From positions 16,402-80,401 of the forward strand of contig JAUIER010000003.1 of the NCBI GenBank assembly GCA_030429765.1: a stretch of DNA of 64,000 nucleotides, written 5' to 3'. The notes beneath the pieces were generated by a model that was given only the letters and a program-made list of their open reading frames with translations, was not told the DNA's origin and searched no databases. Shown here one piece after another: positions 1 to 10,011 of the stretch (position 1 is its first letter; each line of letters begins with the position of its first letter). This stretch comes from a bacterium. GTDB lineage: Bacteria; Omnitrophota; Gorgyraeia; Zapsychrales; Zapsychraceae. The translations under genes and the position numbers were made by a program.

Positions 1-1
1 G

Positions 2-3000
2 ATCCTCGGGAAGTATCTGGTCACGTCGAGCTTTGACTCCCAGCGCGAGCGTAAAGAAATATTCCGTAATCTGGATCCGGAAGAATATTATCCGATTTAC
101 GGGGACGGATCGGAGATTAATTACGACGCGACGAATACGCAGGGCAATCTGTATGTCTTGATCGAGTGGGATAAATCATCGGTGATCTGGGGGAATTACA
201 GTATTGGATTTGATGAAACCGAATTTGGTCGCTTCAGCCGTTCACTGTACGGGGGTAAGGTTGATTTTGAGTCTTTGAGTACCAACAAGTACGGCGACGC
301 GCGGACCAAGATCATCGCGTTTAAGGCCAAGGCGCAGCAGCGCAGCGCGCACAATGAGTTTTTGGCAACAGGCGGTTCACTCTACTTCCTCAAGCACAAA
401 GATATCGTCGAGGGATCGGATAAAGTGACGATCGAGATCCGTGACAAGATCACCGGATTGGTGACGACCTCACGCGACATGGTTGAGGGGGCGGACTATG
501 AGTTGGATTACAGTTCCGGGCGGATGGTGTTCTGGAAGCCTGTTCCAACGCTGGTCCAGTCGTATTCAATTATTGAAGATGACTTATTGGCCGGAAATCT
601 GGTTTATGTGATCGCCGACTATGAGTATGAAGTCAAGGACAAGGTTGATGAAGGAGCTATCGGGGTTCGGGCCCGTCAGGCAGTGGGAGAGAATGTGCTC
701 GTCGGAACGACCTATGTGCGTGAAGGTTTGGAGCAGGAGGATTATCAACTCCGCGGTACGGACGTGACGGTCAAGCTCGGTGAAGAGGCCTCGATCACAG
801 CAGAATACGCGCAGACATCAGCCGAAGTCCAGCCGACATTTGTCTCGACCGACGGCGGTTTGTCATTCACTGAGCTGGCGACGAGCGAGGGATCCCGCGG
901 ACGTGCCTACGGACTTAAGGGGAACGCGCGGCTCTTCAACCGTCTGGGTGTGGACGCGTACTACAAATGGATCGACAATGAATTCTCAACGTCCGCGACG
1001 ACCGCGCAGCAGGGCAAGGAGCTTATCGGGCTTGAATTGACGTATGATCTCGGCGAGCAGACACGGTTCACCCTCAAACAGGATATTCAGCGCTTACTCG
1101 ACGACGGGAACCTCCAAACGCAGCTGCAGGTGGGATCAAACCGCACATCCACGACCATCGCGCAGATCGTGCATGAGGCCCGTCAGTTCCGAATCACGGC
1201 AGAAGCCCGCCGCGATGTCGATGAAGCGGCGGATACTGAGGTTAATATTATTGCGATCCGCGGAGATTATAAGTTCAGCGATCGGTTGATCTTCTCGGCC
1301 ACGCAGCAGGCGACTATTGGCGAAGATGATTGGCGTACGACGCTGGGTGTCTCGGCCAAACCGAGTGACAAGTTGACGCTGACCTTGCAGCAGATTTTCA
1401 GTGAGGACGGATCAGCCACGACGATTGGCTTGATCGCGGATATGAACGAGCGTTTCGCGCTAACGGCCGGTTACACACTGGAAGAGGCCGGCGGTTCCAG
1501 CGCGACTATCGGCGCGATCACCAGACTTAATGAATCGATCGAGCTGGAAACCAAATTTGGTATTTCCTCAACGGAAGGGTTCAGCCGTGCGTTCGCTCTG
1601 GGGGCCAGCGGCAAGCGCAGGTTAGGCGAGGATAGTGTGCTCGACACATCATTTGGTGCCGACGATTCCGGCGTGACAACCGCTACGGCCTCCGTCGGTA
1701 CGACTTCCAAGATAACCGATACCACTGAGATTAGCAGCAGCGTCGAAGTCTCCGGAGACGGATCACGCCGACAAACAGCTGTTACGCTGGGCGGGACGAC
1801 TCAATACGGCGAAGATACAATGTTGCAGAGTCAAATCGAGTTGTCCGAGGCGTCATCGGGTTATCGCGCATCCACATTCTCCATCGGGGGACGTAAACAG
1901 GTCGATGAACAAACGCTGGTCGAGAATAAAATTTCCTTCACGGACTCCAACACGGGTGTGGATCAGACATCCGTTACGTTCGGGACAACCAAGAAGATTA
2001 CGGATGACATCGAGTTGACAACATCGAGAATTTTCGGGACGACAGGCGATAGTCAAACCACGGAGAATCAGTATGGACTATCGCTGGTCCGGGACGGTAA
2101 GAAATTGCAGGGGACGTTAAGCCGTCGTTATCAAAGCGGCGAGACTGAGATTTCGCGAACAAATATCTTCGGGTTGACCGGGGAGCTCGACGACCGATGG
2201 GCGTTGACCGGAAAGTATGAGCGATCGGAAATCGAGAACCTTGACGGATCACAGACACGTCGTGACGTGATTTCACTGGCGGGGGGATACGTTAAAAAGG
2301 ATCCGGAAACGGGGCTTGAAATGTTCAAGAGCTCTACGAAACTTGAGGTGCGTTTTGACGAGGGTAATGAGGATCGCCGTCAGTACTTGATCAGCAACGC
2401 GTCGGAAGGTCAGCTGACACCGGAGTTTTCACTCTTCAGCAAGATCGAGTTATCGGAAACGGTCGATACCAGTCTGGATACACAGATTGAACAGTACAAA
2501 GAGTTTGTGATCGGTGGGGCCTATCGACCGATCATGTTTGATAACCTCAATATTTTGGGTAAATACACGTATCTGGAAGGACGTTCGCCGGCCAGTCAGG
2601 AAGATTCAGCGGATATCGTCGAGGAGAAGGCTCAGGTCATGTCAGCCGAGGCCATTTACGATATCACGGACAAATGGCAGATCACCGAAAAATTCGCCTA
2701 CCGTATTAGCGATGAGAAGGTCGAAGGTTTTGATTTCACCAAAACCCATACGTGGTTGATGATCCATCGATTGACGTACAAGGTCAACAAGGATTGGTCG
2801 GTTAGCGGGGAGTACCGTATGCTTACTCAGCGGGAGGCCGAAGACAGCAAACGCGGCGCGCTCTTTGAAGTGTCCCGACGCGTGGGTGAATATGCGCAGC
2901 TGGGCGTCGGGTATGACTTCACGGACTTTACCGATGATCTCACCGACCTGGATTACACGACCTATGGTCCGTTCGTTCGGGTTACCGGTAAGTTCTACGA

Positions 3001-3388
3001 CCGTTCGCCGGAGGAGATTGAGCGTTCGCGGCAGAAGTGGCTGAATGAAAAGATCGACCGCTGGGCCTGGATCATGGTCCGGGAAGAGCTGGACAAGGAT
3101 TCCAGTCCGATACTACGGGAGTTGAATGATTATTTTGTTATGGCGCAGCTGGCATACGAAAAAGGCGACTACGAAGAGTCGGAGCAAATCTACAAGGATA
3201 TCATCATGGCCGGCCGGATGATGCATGGGGAAGCGGCCGAGTTCATCCGCAAGCATGTCGATAAAGAGAATCGTCTGCGGGAAATGAAGGAGCTCGCTGA
3301 TCAGTATTACAAGAACGGTCAGTACGAAAAAGCGAAGAAAATATTAGAGAAAATTCTGGAAGAGGCCGAAAAGCCTGTGTTAAAATAG
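2..3388 (+). CDS. Large outer-membrane beta-barrel-like protein with C-terminal TPR extension (5'-truncated by window edge)
   Basis: Frame is open from base 2 (ILGKYLVTSSFDSQRERKEIFRNLDPEEYYPIYGDGS...), so the true start is upstream of the window and the track start at 158 is artificial. Amphipathic beta-strand pattern throughout; barrel-terminal-like strand GPFVRVTGKF (2966-2995) followed by two TPR-like helical pairs (AYEKGDYEESEQIY; YYKNGQYEKAKKILEKIL). Confidence 0.7.
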   Translation: MLGKYLVTSSFDSQRERKEIFRNLDPEEYYPIYGDGSEINYDATNTQGNLYVLIEWDKSSVIWGNYSIGFDETEFGRFSRSLYGGKVDFESLSTNKYGDARTKIIAFKAKAQQRSAHNEFLATGGSLYFLKHKDIVEGSDKVTIEIRDKITGLVTTSRDMVEGADYELDYSSGRMVFWKPVPTLVQSYSIIEDDLLAGNLVYVIADYEYEVKDKVDEGAIGVRARQAVGENVLVGTTYVREGLEQEDYQLRGTDVTVKLGEEASITAEYAQTSAEVQPTFVSTDGGLSFTELATSEGSRGRAYGLKGNARLFNRLGVDAYYKWIDNEFSTSATTAQQGKELIGLELTYDLGEQTRFTLKQDIQRLLDDGNLQTQLQVGSNRTSTTIAQIVHEARQFRITAEARRDVDEAADTEVNIIAIRGDYKFSDRLIFSATQQATIGEDDWRTTLGVSAKPSDKLTLTLQQIFSEDGSATTIGLIADMNERFALTAGYTLEEAGGSSATIGAITRLNESIELETKFGISSTEGFSRAFALGASGKRRLGEDSVLDTSFGADDSGVTTATASVGTTSKITDTTEISSSVEVSGDGSRRQTAVTLGGTTQYGEDTMLQSQIELSEASSGYRASTFSIGGRKQVDEQTLVENKISFTDSNTGVDQTSVTFGTTKKITDDIELTTSRIFGTTGDSQTTENQYGLSLVRDGKKLQGTLSRRYQSGETEISRTNIFGLTGELDDRWALTGKYERSEIENLDGSQTRRDVISLAGGYVKKDPETGLEMFKSSTKLEVRFDEGNEDRRQYLISNASEGQLTPEFSLFSKIELSETVDTSLDTQIEQYKEFVIGGAYRPIMFDNLNILGKYTYLEGRSPASQEDSADIVEEKAQVMSAEAIYDITDKWQITEKFAYRISDEKVEGFDFTKTHTWLMIHRLTYKVNKDWSVSGEYRMLTQREAEDSKRGALFEVSRRVGEYAQLGVGYDFTDFTDDLTDLDYTTYGPFVRVTGKFYDRSPEEIERSRQKWLNEKIDRWAWIMVREELDKDSSPILRELNDYFVMAQLAYEKGDYEESEQIYKDIIMAGRMMHGEAAEFIRKHVDKENRLREMKELADQYYKNGQYEKAKKILEKILEEAEKPVLK

Positions 3389-3439
3389 GCCTCTTGATAC
3401 TATTATTAATAAGTATAATAGGTGTTGTGTAAACGGCGC

Positions 3440-6400
3440 ATGTCCGCAAATCCAAAATACATTTCTGCCTTCATTAAGTGCCTGGCCGCGGGGATTCTCT
3501 ATGCGGGAATCTCGACGGGGGGTGCAGTTCTCGCCCAGGAATTACCGGATGATCCTACATTCAAAGAGCGTAAAGCCGAAGAAGGTTACACACTTGATCT
3601 GAAAACGCTGATCAATAAATCCAAGAAACGCATCGAACAAGTTGAAGATAAGCTCAAAGAGCAGGCCAAAGAACGCCGCAATGAACGGCGTGAGGCCAAG
3701 GCGCGTGAGTACTATGAGAAAGCCCAACGTCTGTACGATGAGGGCAAATTTGATGAAGCCGTCGAACTTTGGGAGAAGGCTATCCGTATCACAGAGCATG
3801 ATGAGATGGAGGGGTATGTCCACAAGAGTGTGAGCCGTCAGCGGAAGAAGGACAAGGCGCTGAAGAAAGAAGAACAGCGCCGGCTGAAGCGACTGGAGGT
3901 CGAACGCGGGTATTCAGCCAAAGAGGTCGACAAGAAATATCGGGAGGCGGTCGAACTGTACAAAGATAAAGATTTTCTCGCCTCGAAGGTGGTTTTTGAA
4001 GAGGTCAACAAAATGTTCCCGGACCATCGCGCCACCCGCAGTTATATCGCGCTCATTGATCGACACATTGAAAAGGAACAGCGCGGAATGATCGAATCAA
4101 AGCTCAACAGTCCGGAGATGTCGTCGGCCAAGGCCAAGGCCCGCTGGAAAGAAGAGCTCAAAGAACGCGAACGCCAGCGTGAAAATGAACGCCGCGAACA
4201 GGCCGATGCGCTGTATGAAGAAGGCATCCGGCTGTACAAGAGCAAACAATACGAAAAGGCCAAGGAAAAATTCAAGGAAGTCGAATGGGTTCTGCCGGAC
4301 TACAAGCGGACGCTGCGCTATCTGTCCAAGATTGACAAAGATATCGAAAAGCACGGCGTGCGCTTTACCGAAGAGGATAAACTTCGCTATTTCAAGAATC
4401 AGGTCCGGGAAGGCAAATTGTCACCAGCCGAACAGGCCCAGGCTGAACGTAATCGAGTGGTCCAAGCGCGTGGATTTACCGATGAACGCCGGCGCAAAGA
4501 AGAGGCCGAGTTTGTCTATGATGCCGCGGAAACACTGTACAGGAAAAAATACTACAAACAGGCCCTCGAGAAATTTTATGAAGTCCGTTCGATTTATCCT
4601 GGATACAAGAAGACGGACCGTTTTATCAAGAAGCTGCACAAACGGTTGCCCGACGAGGCGGACAAACATGAAGTGGTCCAGCAGTCCTCTAGTCCGGATT
4701 ACGATGAAATGTACAAAGCTCCGCAGGGGACCAATGAGACCGCCCGCAAGGCCATCGCCAATCATCAGAACGGATTGGTCGCTCAGGCCGAAGAAAAATA
4801 CCAGCAGGCGGTTATGTTTTATAACAAGAAAAACTTTACCGAGGCGCAGCGAAAATTTATAGCGGTTGAGGCAATCATTCCAGGGTACAAGGCCACCCGC
4901 GAGCACCTCGCCCGGATCGACGGCGATATTGCGCGTCACCGCGGCCATACGTCAACCAAAACTGAAAAATCTGTAGCGTCAGCCAAACGCTCCCTATCAC
5001 CTCGTCAGGAGGAGACGGTCAAAGATAAATATCGTCAGGCCCGACGGCTCTACAAAGACAGGAATTATCAGGCCGCCAAAGACTTATTCGTCGAGATCAA
5101 TAAACTAAGTCCGGGGTACCGTTCGACTATGAAATATATTTCCCGATCGAACCGTAAACTCGAGCAGGAAAAAGCGGAGCGTGACAAACTCAAAGGCAAT
5201 GTTGGGGAAATGACCGTTGCGGCGGCGCCGGCAAGCACCATAACAGCCGGGAATTTGGGAACTCAGCGTAATTTGGGACTGGACGAGTACGAACGATTCA
5301 AACAGGCGGCCTATGCCGGTGAGGAATATCAACCAATGATGGGTGCAACCGAATTAGAACAGGTCGAGGCGCAAGCCGTGGAAGTGATTGAGGCTGTAAC
5401 GGCTGATCCCAAGCTCCTGGAAGAATATGATCCGTCCGATGCCAAGTTGTCCCGCGATGACAAGCGTCAGCTTGAGAAGCAGCAGGAGATGGTCCAGAAG
5501 GAAGTATCGCAGCAACAGAAAGATACCAAGCATCAAATGAAGCATATTATCGGCGATACGTATGACGAAGCGCGTGAGCTCTATCAGAAGGAAGAGTGGG
5601 CCGAAGCCAAGATCCGGTTTGAAACGGTGGAACGGTTGAGTCCCGGCTACCGACGGGCAAAATCGTATATCAAGCGAATCAATCGGAAGATCATGGAGCG
5701 GCAGGCCGTACCGGAGATCAAGGTGACAACCGCCGATGGAAAGCCTATTCCTGTGGTGGCGGATGTGACATTGGAAGATATTCAAAAGGCCCGTGAGGCC
5801 GAGCAAGTGGTCAGTCAGGAAGAGCTTCATCGTTCCGCACATCGCGTGGCCAAGCAAATGCAGGAGGAACAGAAACGGTTCGCTGCTTTGGCGGATCAAG
5901 CCATTCATCATTCCATGGAGGATACGGAGGAGGCCCGTAAGCAACGCGAGGCGGCCGCTGAAAAGACCAAGCGCGAACTCAAGGAGTCAATGCGGCTGCT
6001 GGAGTATGAGGCCGAGCAGCGGGAAAAAGCGGCCATGGAGGCACAACAGGCGGTCAATAAATCGTCGCGTCAAAGCCGTCGAGATTTAGATAAACTTCGT
6101 GATGACATGAAAGACGAAATGAAACAGGCGAATCGCGAGACCCTTAGGCGAATGGAAGATATGGTGGCCACCACATATGACGAAGCCAAGGATTTATTTA
6201 AGGAAAAAAGATACACGGCGGCGAAGCTTAAGTTTGAAACCGTCCAGCGACTGCATCCTGGTTACCGTCGGGTGGAATCGTATCTCAAGCGGGTTGATAA
6301 CAAGATACGTACCAATCAGGATTACACTGCCGATATGCCCAAAGATGTGTCGCAGGATCTGCTGCGATTGAAGAAACAAAAAATACGGCTCAAGGCCGAA

Positions 6401-7681
6401 GATGATGCCTATGCGGTCGCACGTGTTCGAAATAATGATTTGGAGAATGTATTGATGACGCGTAAGGAGTACACCAAGCGCGTGAGCGAATTGCATGCCA
6501 TTGATGAGGAACAAAAACGGTTGGCCGGTGAGCGTCGGATGAAACGGTTGGAACAGGAGCGCCTGTTAAAGTTGGAAGAAAAGCTGGCGTTTGAGCGGGC
6601 GCTAAAGGAAAAAGAAGCCAAGATTCGACGCAAGCAAGAAATGGACGAGCAGGAGAAAGAGGAGATTCGCCGGGCTAAACGGCGTGAGCATGACGAGCGG
6701 TTACGCGAGGCGCGTGAGCATCAGGAACGCATGGAACGCAAGTATCGCGAGGACCTCAAGCGGATTCGTAAATACGCGCTGAAACGATACCGCGACAACG
6801 ATATGATCGAGGCTCAGGCATTGACCGGACGTTATGAAGACTTGTTGGCCAAGGCCAATTTCTCCGAGCGCGAGCGGATCAAGATGCGGCAGCAATTCAG
6901 CCGCGAAAAGAAAAAGATCCTCAAGGAATACGACCGGGATCGCTACGAGGCCGAACGGATTTTGTATGAAGGTACTAGATATCAGGCCGCCGAGGCACCG
7001 ACAGCATCCGACGCAAATAAGATTCAGCTGACCCGTTCCAAGGAGTTAGAAGAGTTAGAGGCCAAGATTCGCGAAGAAGAGCGCAAACTGCAGCGGGCCC
7101 GTGAAGAAGAGGAAAAGCGTCGCCAGGAAATGGCAGAAGTACGGGCGCAGTTGACGCCTGATCTCGCGCCTCCAACAATCTCAGAGTCTAAAACCGCTTC
7201 TTTGAGCAAGGCATTCCCGGCGGATGTAGACCGCTATGTGGAAATTCGCGAGGAACGGAATCGAAAACGCGGGATGAAAATCGAAGAGATCCAGGAGCAA
7301 AAACGTAAAGAGATTGAATCCGTCGTCAAATCCCGCCAGGCGGAATTGCGTAAAAAACGCGAAGAGGTCCAGGAGGAGTTTGATAAGAATATCAAGAAGC
7401 TGTACAAAAAGGCGGTAAGGCTTTACAAAAAGAAAAATCTGCAGGAAGCTGAGATCATTTTTGAAGAGATCCAGATAATGAAGCCGGAGTATAAAAAGAC
7501 GGAAAAGTACCTGACGAAGATCCGTAAAAAGATCAAAAAATCGGATCAAACGGTGAAGGCTCAACCGGTTGAAACCGGATTCCGTGAAACCACGTCAATT
7601 CCACTGGAGCCCATCGGCGGCTCCTCCCGTCAAGATGCTGTGACAAGCGCCTTGGACGCCTTTGAACGCCAGATGTGGTAG
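3440..7681 (+). CDS. Exported TPR-repeat / charged coiled-coil protein
   Basis: ATG 3440 (MSANPKY...) preferred over GTG 3422. Signal peptide ending AVLA|QE. Eight dispersed repeats Y-x2-A-x2-LY-x3-[YF]-x2-A-x3-F-x2-V-x4-P-[GD]-Y-[KR] separated by E/K/R-rich helices. Confidence 0.75.
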   Translation: MSANPKYISAFIKCLAAGILYAGISTGGAVLAQELPDDPTFKERKAEEGYTLDLKTLINKSKKRIEQVEDKLKEQAKERRNERREAKAREYYEKAQRLYDEGKFDEAVELWEKAIRITEHDEMEGYVHKSVSRQRKKDKALKKEEQRRLKRLEVERGYSAKEVDKKYREAVELYKDKDFLASKVVFEEVNKMFPDHRATRSYIALIDRHIEKEQRGMIESKLNSPEMSSAKAKARWKEELKERERQRENERREQADALYEEGIRLYKSKQYEKAKEKFKEVEWVLPDYKRTLRYLSKIDKDIEKHGVRFTEEDKLRYFKNQVREGKLSPAEQAQAERNRVVQARGFTDERRRKEEAEFVYDAAETLYRKKYYKQALEKFYEVRSIYPGYKKTDRFIKKLHKRLPDEADKHEVVQQSSSPDYDEMYKAPQGTNETARKAIANHQNGLVAQAEEKYQQAVMFYNKKNFTEAQRKFIAVEAIIPGYKATREHLARIDGDIARHRGHTSTKTEKSVASAKRSLSPRQEETVKDKYRQARRLYKDRNYQAAKDLFVEINKLSPGYRSTMKYISRSNRKLEQEKAERDKLKGNVGEMTVAAAPASTITAGNLGTQRNLGLDEYERFKQAAYAGEEYQPMMGATELEQVEAQAVEVIEAVTADPKLLEEYDPSDAKLSRDDKRQLEKQQEMVQKEVSQQQKDTKHQMKHIIGDTYDEARELYQKEEWAEAKIRFETVERLSPGYRRAKSYIKRINRKIMERQAVPEIKVTTADGKPIPVVADVTLEDIQKAREAEQVVSQEELHRSAHRVAKQMQEEQKRFAALADQAIHHSMEDTEEARKQREAAAEKTKRELKESMRLLEYEAEQREKAAMEAQQAVNKSSRQSRRDLDKLRDDMKDEMKQANRETLRRMEDMVATTYDEAKDLFKEKRYTAAKLKFETVQRLHPGYRRVESYLKRVDNKIRTNQDYTADMPKDVSQDLLRLKKQKIRLKAEDDAYAVARVRNNDLENVLMTRKEYTKRVSELHAIDEEQKRLAGERRMKRLEQERLLKLEEKLAFERALKEKEAKIRRKQEMDEQEKEEIRRAKRREHDERLREAREHQERMERKYREDLKRIRKYALKRYRDNDMIEAQALTGRYEDLLAKANFSERERIKMRQQFSREKKKILKEYDRDRYEAERILYEGTRYQAAEAPTASDANKIQLTRSKELEELEAKIREEERKLQRAREEEEKRRQEMAEVRAQLTPDLAPPTISESKTASLSKAFPADVDRYVEIREERNRKRGMKIEEIQEQKRKEIESVVKSRQAELRKKREEVQEEFDKNIKKLYKKAVRLYKKKNLQEAEIIFEEIQIMKPEYKKTEKYLTKIRKKIKKSDQTVKAQPVETGFRETTSIPLEPIGGSSRQDAVTSALDAFERQMW

Positions 7682-7849
7682 GCGTTTTTGCTCATCCCGC
7701 AATTTCTTACCATGCACCGACAATTCAGTGTTGACATTCCGGCGCTTTTGCATCAGTATTTGTCTTGGATCATTTTGACGCCGGCCATTCTATTACTTCC
7801 ATTTCACACCCTTGTGTACGCCGGTACAGATATTCTCAAGGATAACACC

Positions 7850-9997
7850 ATGACCGCTGATTCCAAACTCAACAGACTCGCCCAGGAAAAAAGTCCGTAC
7901 CTACTGCAGCACGCGACCAATCCGGTGGATTGGTATCCCTGGTCGAATGAGGCCTTTGACAAGGCGCGGCGCGAGGACAAGCCGATCTTTTTGTCTATCG
8001 GATACTCCACCTGCCATTGGTGTCATGTGATGGAGCATGAGTCTTTCGAGGATGCAAAGATTGCTGAGTACTTGAACGCACATTTTGTTGCCATCAAGGT
8101 AGACCGTGAGGAGCGGCCGGATGTTGATACTATCTACATGAGCGCGGTTCAGACCATGACCGGACAGGGCGGTTGGCCGTTGTCGGTATTCTTAACGCCG
8201 GATAAAAAACCATTTTTCGGCGGGACCTATTTCCCGCCATATCAACGCTGGGGTTCACCCGGATTTCTCGATGTGCTGCGCTCCATTCAGAATTCATGGA
8301 CGAATAACCGTGAACAATTGGTGGCGTCGAGCGAATCGTTGAGCGACATGCTCGCCGAACGTCAATCCGGTCTCAATCCCGGCGATCCGTTAGGGGCACC
8401 GGTTCTGGAAAAAGCCTATAATCTTTTCGCCCGCAACTATGATCGGACATTTGCCGGATTTGGGGATGCTCCCAAATTTCCCACCAGTCACAATTTATCG
8501 TTTCTGCTGCGCTATTGGAAGCGCACGGCGGATGCTCAAGCTCTCGAGATGGTCGAACAAACGTTGAGACGAATGGCCGAGGGAGGAATGTATGATCAAC
8601 TCGGCGGCGGATTTCATCGGTATGCCACCGACCGGGAGTGGCAGGTGCCGCATTTTGAAAAGATGCTTTACGATCAAGCCATCCTGGCCCGGACATACTT
8701 GGAGGCCTATCAAATCACTCGAAATAGTTTTTACGCCGACATCGCCCGCGATATATTTGACTACTGTCTACGTGATTTGCGGGATAGCCTCGGCGGATTT
8801 CATTCGGCCGAGGATGCGGATAGTATCGATCCCTATGAGTTTGAACATACAAGTGTAGAGCTGGAAGGGGCCGAGAAGAAAGAAGGCGCGTTTTATTTGT
8901 GGACGTATACGCATATGCAGCAGATTCTCGGTGAGGCAGATGCCAAGATTTTTGCCGATGTCTACGGCGTTAAGGCAAACGGGAATGCCAAGTCAGACCC
9001 GCATGGAGAGTTCACCGGGAAAAATATTTTGCATATCGATCAGAATCTTGAGCAGGTCGCGGAATCATCAGGAAAGAGCCTGGAGGGAGTTCAGGAGATT
9101 TTGGAGCGCGCTCGCGCCAAGCTGCTCGAGGTGCGACGAACCCGTTTGCGCCCGCATCTGGATGACAAGGTATTGACCGACTGGAATGGATTGATGATAT
9201 CGGCCTTGGCGTATGGGGGCTGCGTGTTGGGAGAGAGCAGGTATCTTGAAGCGGCCGAAGAAGCTGCCAATTTCATCTTACATAACATGTTCGACCGGGG
9301 CCGTCTGCTGCATCGCTATCGGGACGGCGAATCGGGCATTACCGGAACGTTAGAAGACTACGCATTTTTAACAAATGCCTTATTAGATCTCTATGAGGCA
9401 ACCTTCGATGTCCTATATATAGAGAAGGCAGTCGAACTTACCGGTCAGATGCTAGAGTATTTTTGGGATGATGAACGGGGCGGATTTTATCTGACGGCCT
9501 CAGATGCCGAGGCGTTGATCCTGCGTCCCAAGGAGATTTATGATGGCGCGATTCCATCGGGAAATTCGGTGGCGGCCCTGGTGTTGGCGCGCTTGTATCA
9601 CATGACATTCGACGCCGATTATTTGAGTCGGTTGGAGAAAATGAGCCAGACATTTGCCGATACCGTGCGTCAGTACCCAAGCGCGTACGCGCAATTTTTG
9701 ATCGCTATTGATATGGCGGTCGGACCGGCCCAGGAGATTGTGATGGCCGGCCCGGTGGACGATGCCGGAATTCATCATCTGACGAATCAAATTTACGCGC
9801 GTTTTCTGCCGAACCGTGTGCTGCTACATCGGGGGAGCGACGCGGATGACAATTCCATCATATTTAAGATTGCCCCTTTTGTGGCCAATCAACCGCCAAT
9901 CGAGAATCAGCCGACGGTCTATATCTGTGAAAATCATCAATGCAAACAACCGACCAATGATCCAGCCGTTTTTATTCAACGGCTGGAGGATTTATAA
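7850..9997 (+). CDS. Thioredoxin-domain protein, YyaL/SSP411 (DUF255) family
   Basis: [45 protein letters not shown] and [13 protein letters not shown] motifs. ATG 7850 follows AAGGA SD; the track's 7688 start is over-extended. Confidence 0.93.
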   Translation: MTADSKLNRLAQEKSPYLLQHATNPVDWYPWSNEAFDKARREDKPIFLSIGYSTCHWCHVMEHESFEDAKIAEYLNAHFVAIKVDREERPDVDTIYMSAVQTMTGQGGWPLSVFLTPDKKPFFGGTYFPPYQRWGSPGFLDVLRSIQNSWTNNREQLVASSESLSDMLAERQSGLNPGDPLGAPVLEKAYNLFARNYDRTFAGFGDAPKFPTSHNLSFLLRYWKRTADAQALEMVEQTLRRMAEGGMYDQLGGGFHRYATDREWQVPHFEKMLYDQAILARTYLEAYQITRNSFYADIARDIFDYCLRDLRDSLGGFHSAEDADSIDPYEFEHTSVELEGAEKKEGAFYLWTYTHMQQILGEADAKIFADVYGVKANGNAKSDPHGEFTGKNILHIDQNLEQVAESSGKSLEGVQEILERARAKLLEVRRTRLRPHLDDKVLTDWNGLMISALAYGGCVLGESRYLEAAEEAANFILHNMFDRGRLLHRYRDGESGITGTLEDYAFLTNALLDLYEATFDVLYIEKAVELTGQMLEYFWDDERGGFYLTASDAEALILRPKEIYDGAIPSGNSVAALVLARLYHMTFDADYLSRLEKMSQTFADTVRQYPSAYAQFLIAIDMAVGPAQEIVMAGPVDDAGIHHLTNQIYARFLPNRVLLHRGSDADDNSIIFKIAPFVANQPPIENQPTVYICENHQCKQPTNDPAVFIQRLEDL

Positions 9998-10011
9998 AGC
10001 GAGGACTTATC

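Noticed and set aside
7688-7849. N-terminal extension (apparent signal peptide) on the YyaL protein
   Set aside because: Family homology and an SD point to ATG 7850; the region contains TTGACA/TTGACG promoter-like hexamers and is more likely intergenic.
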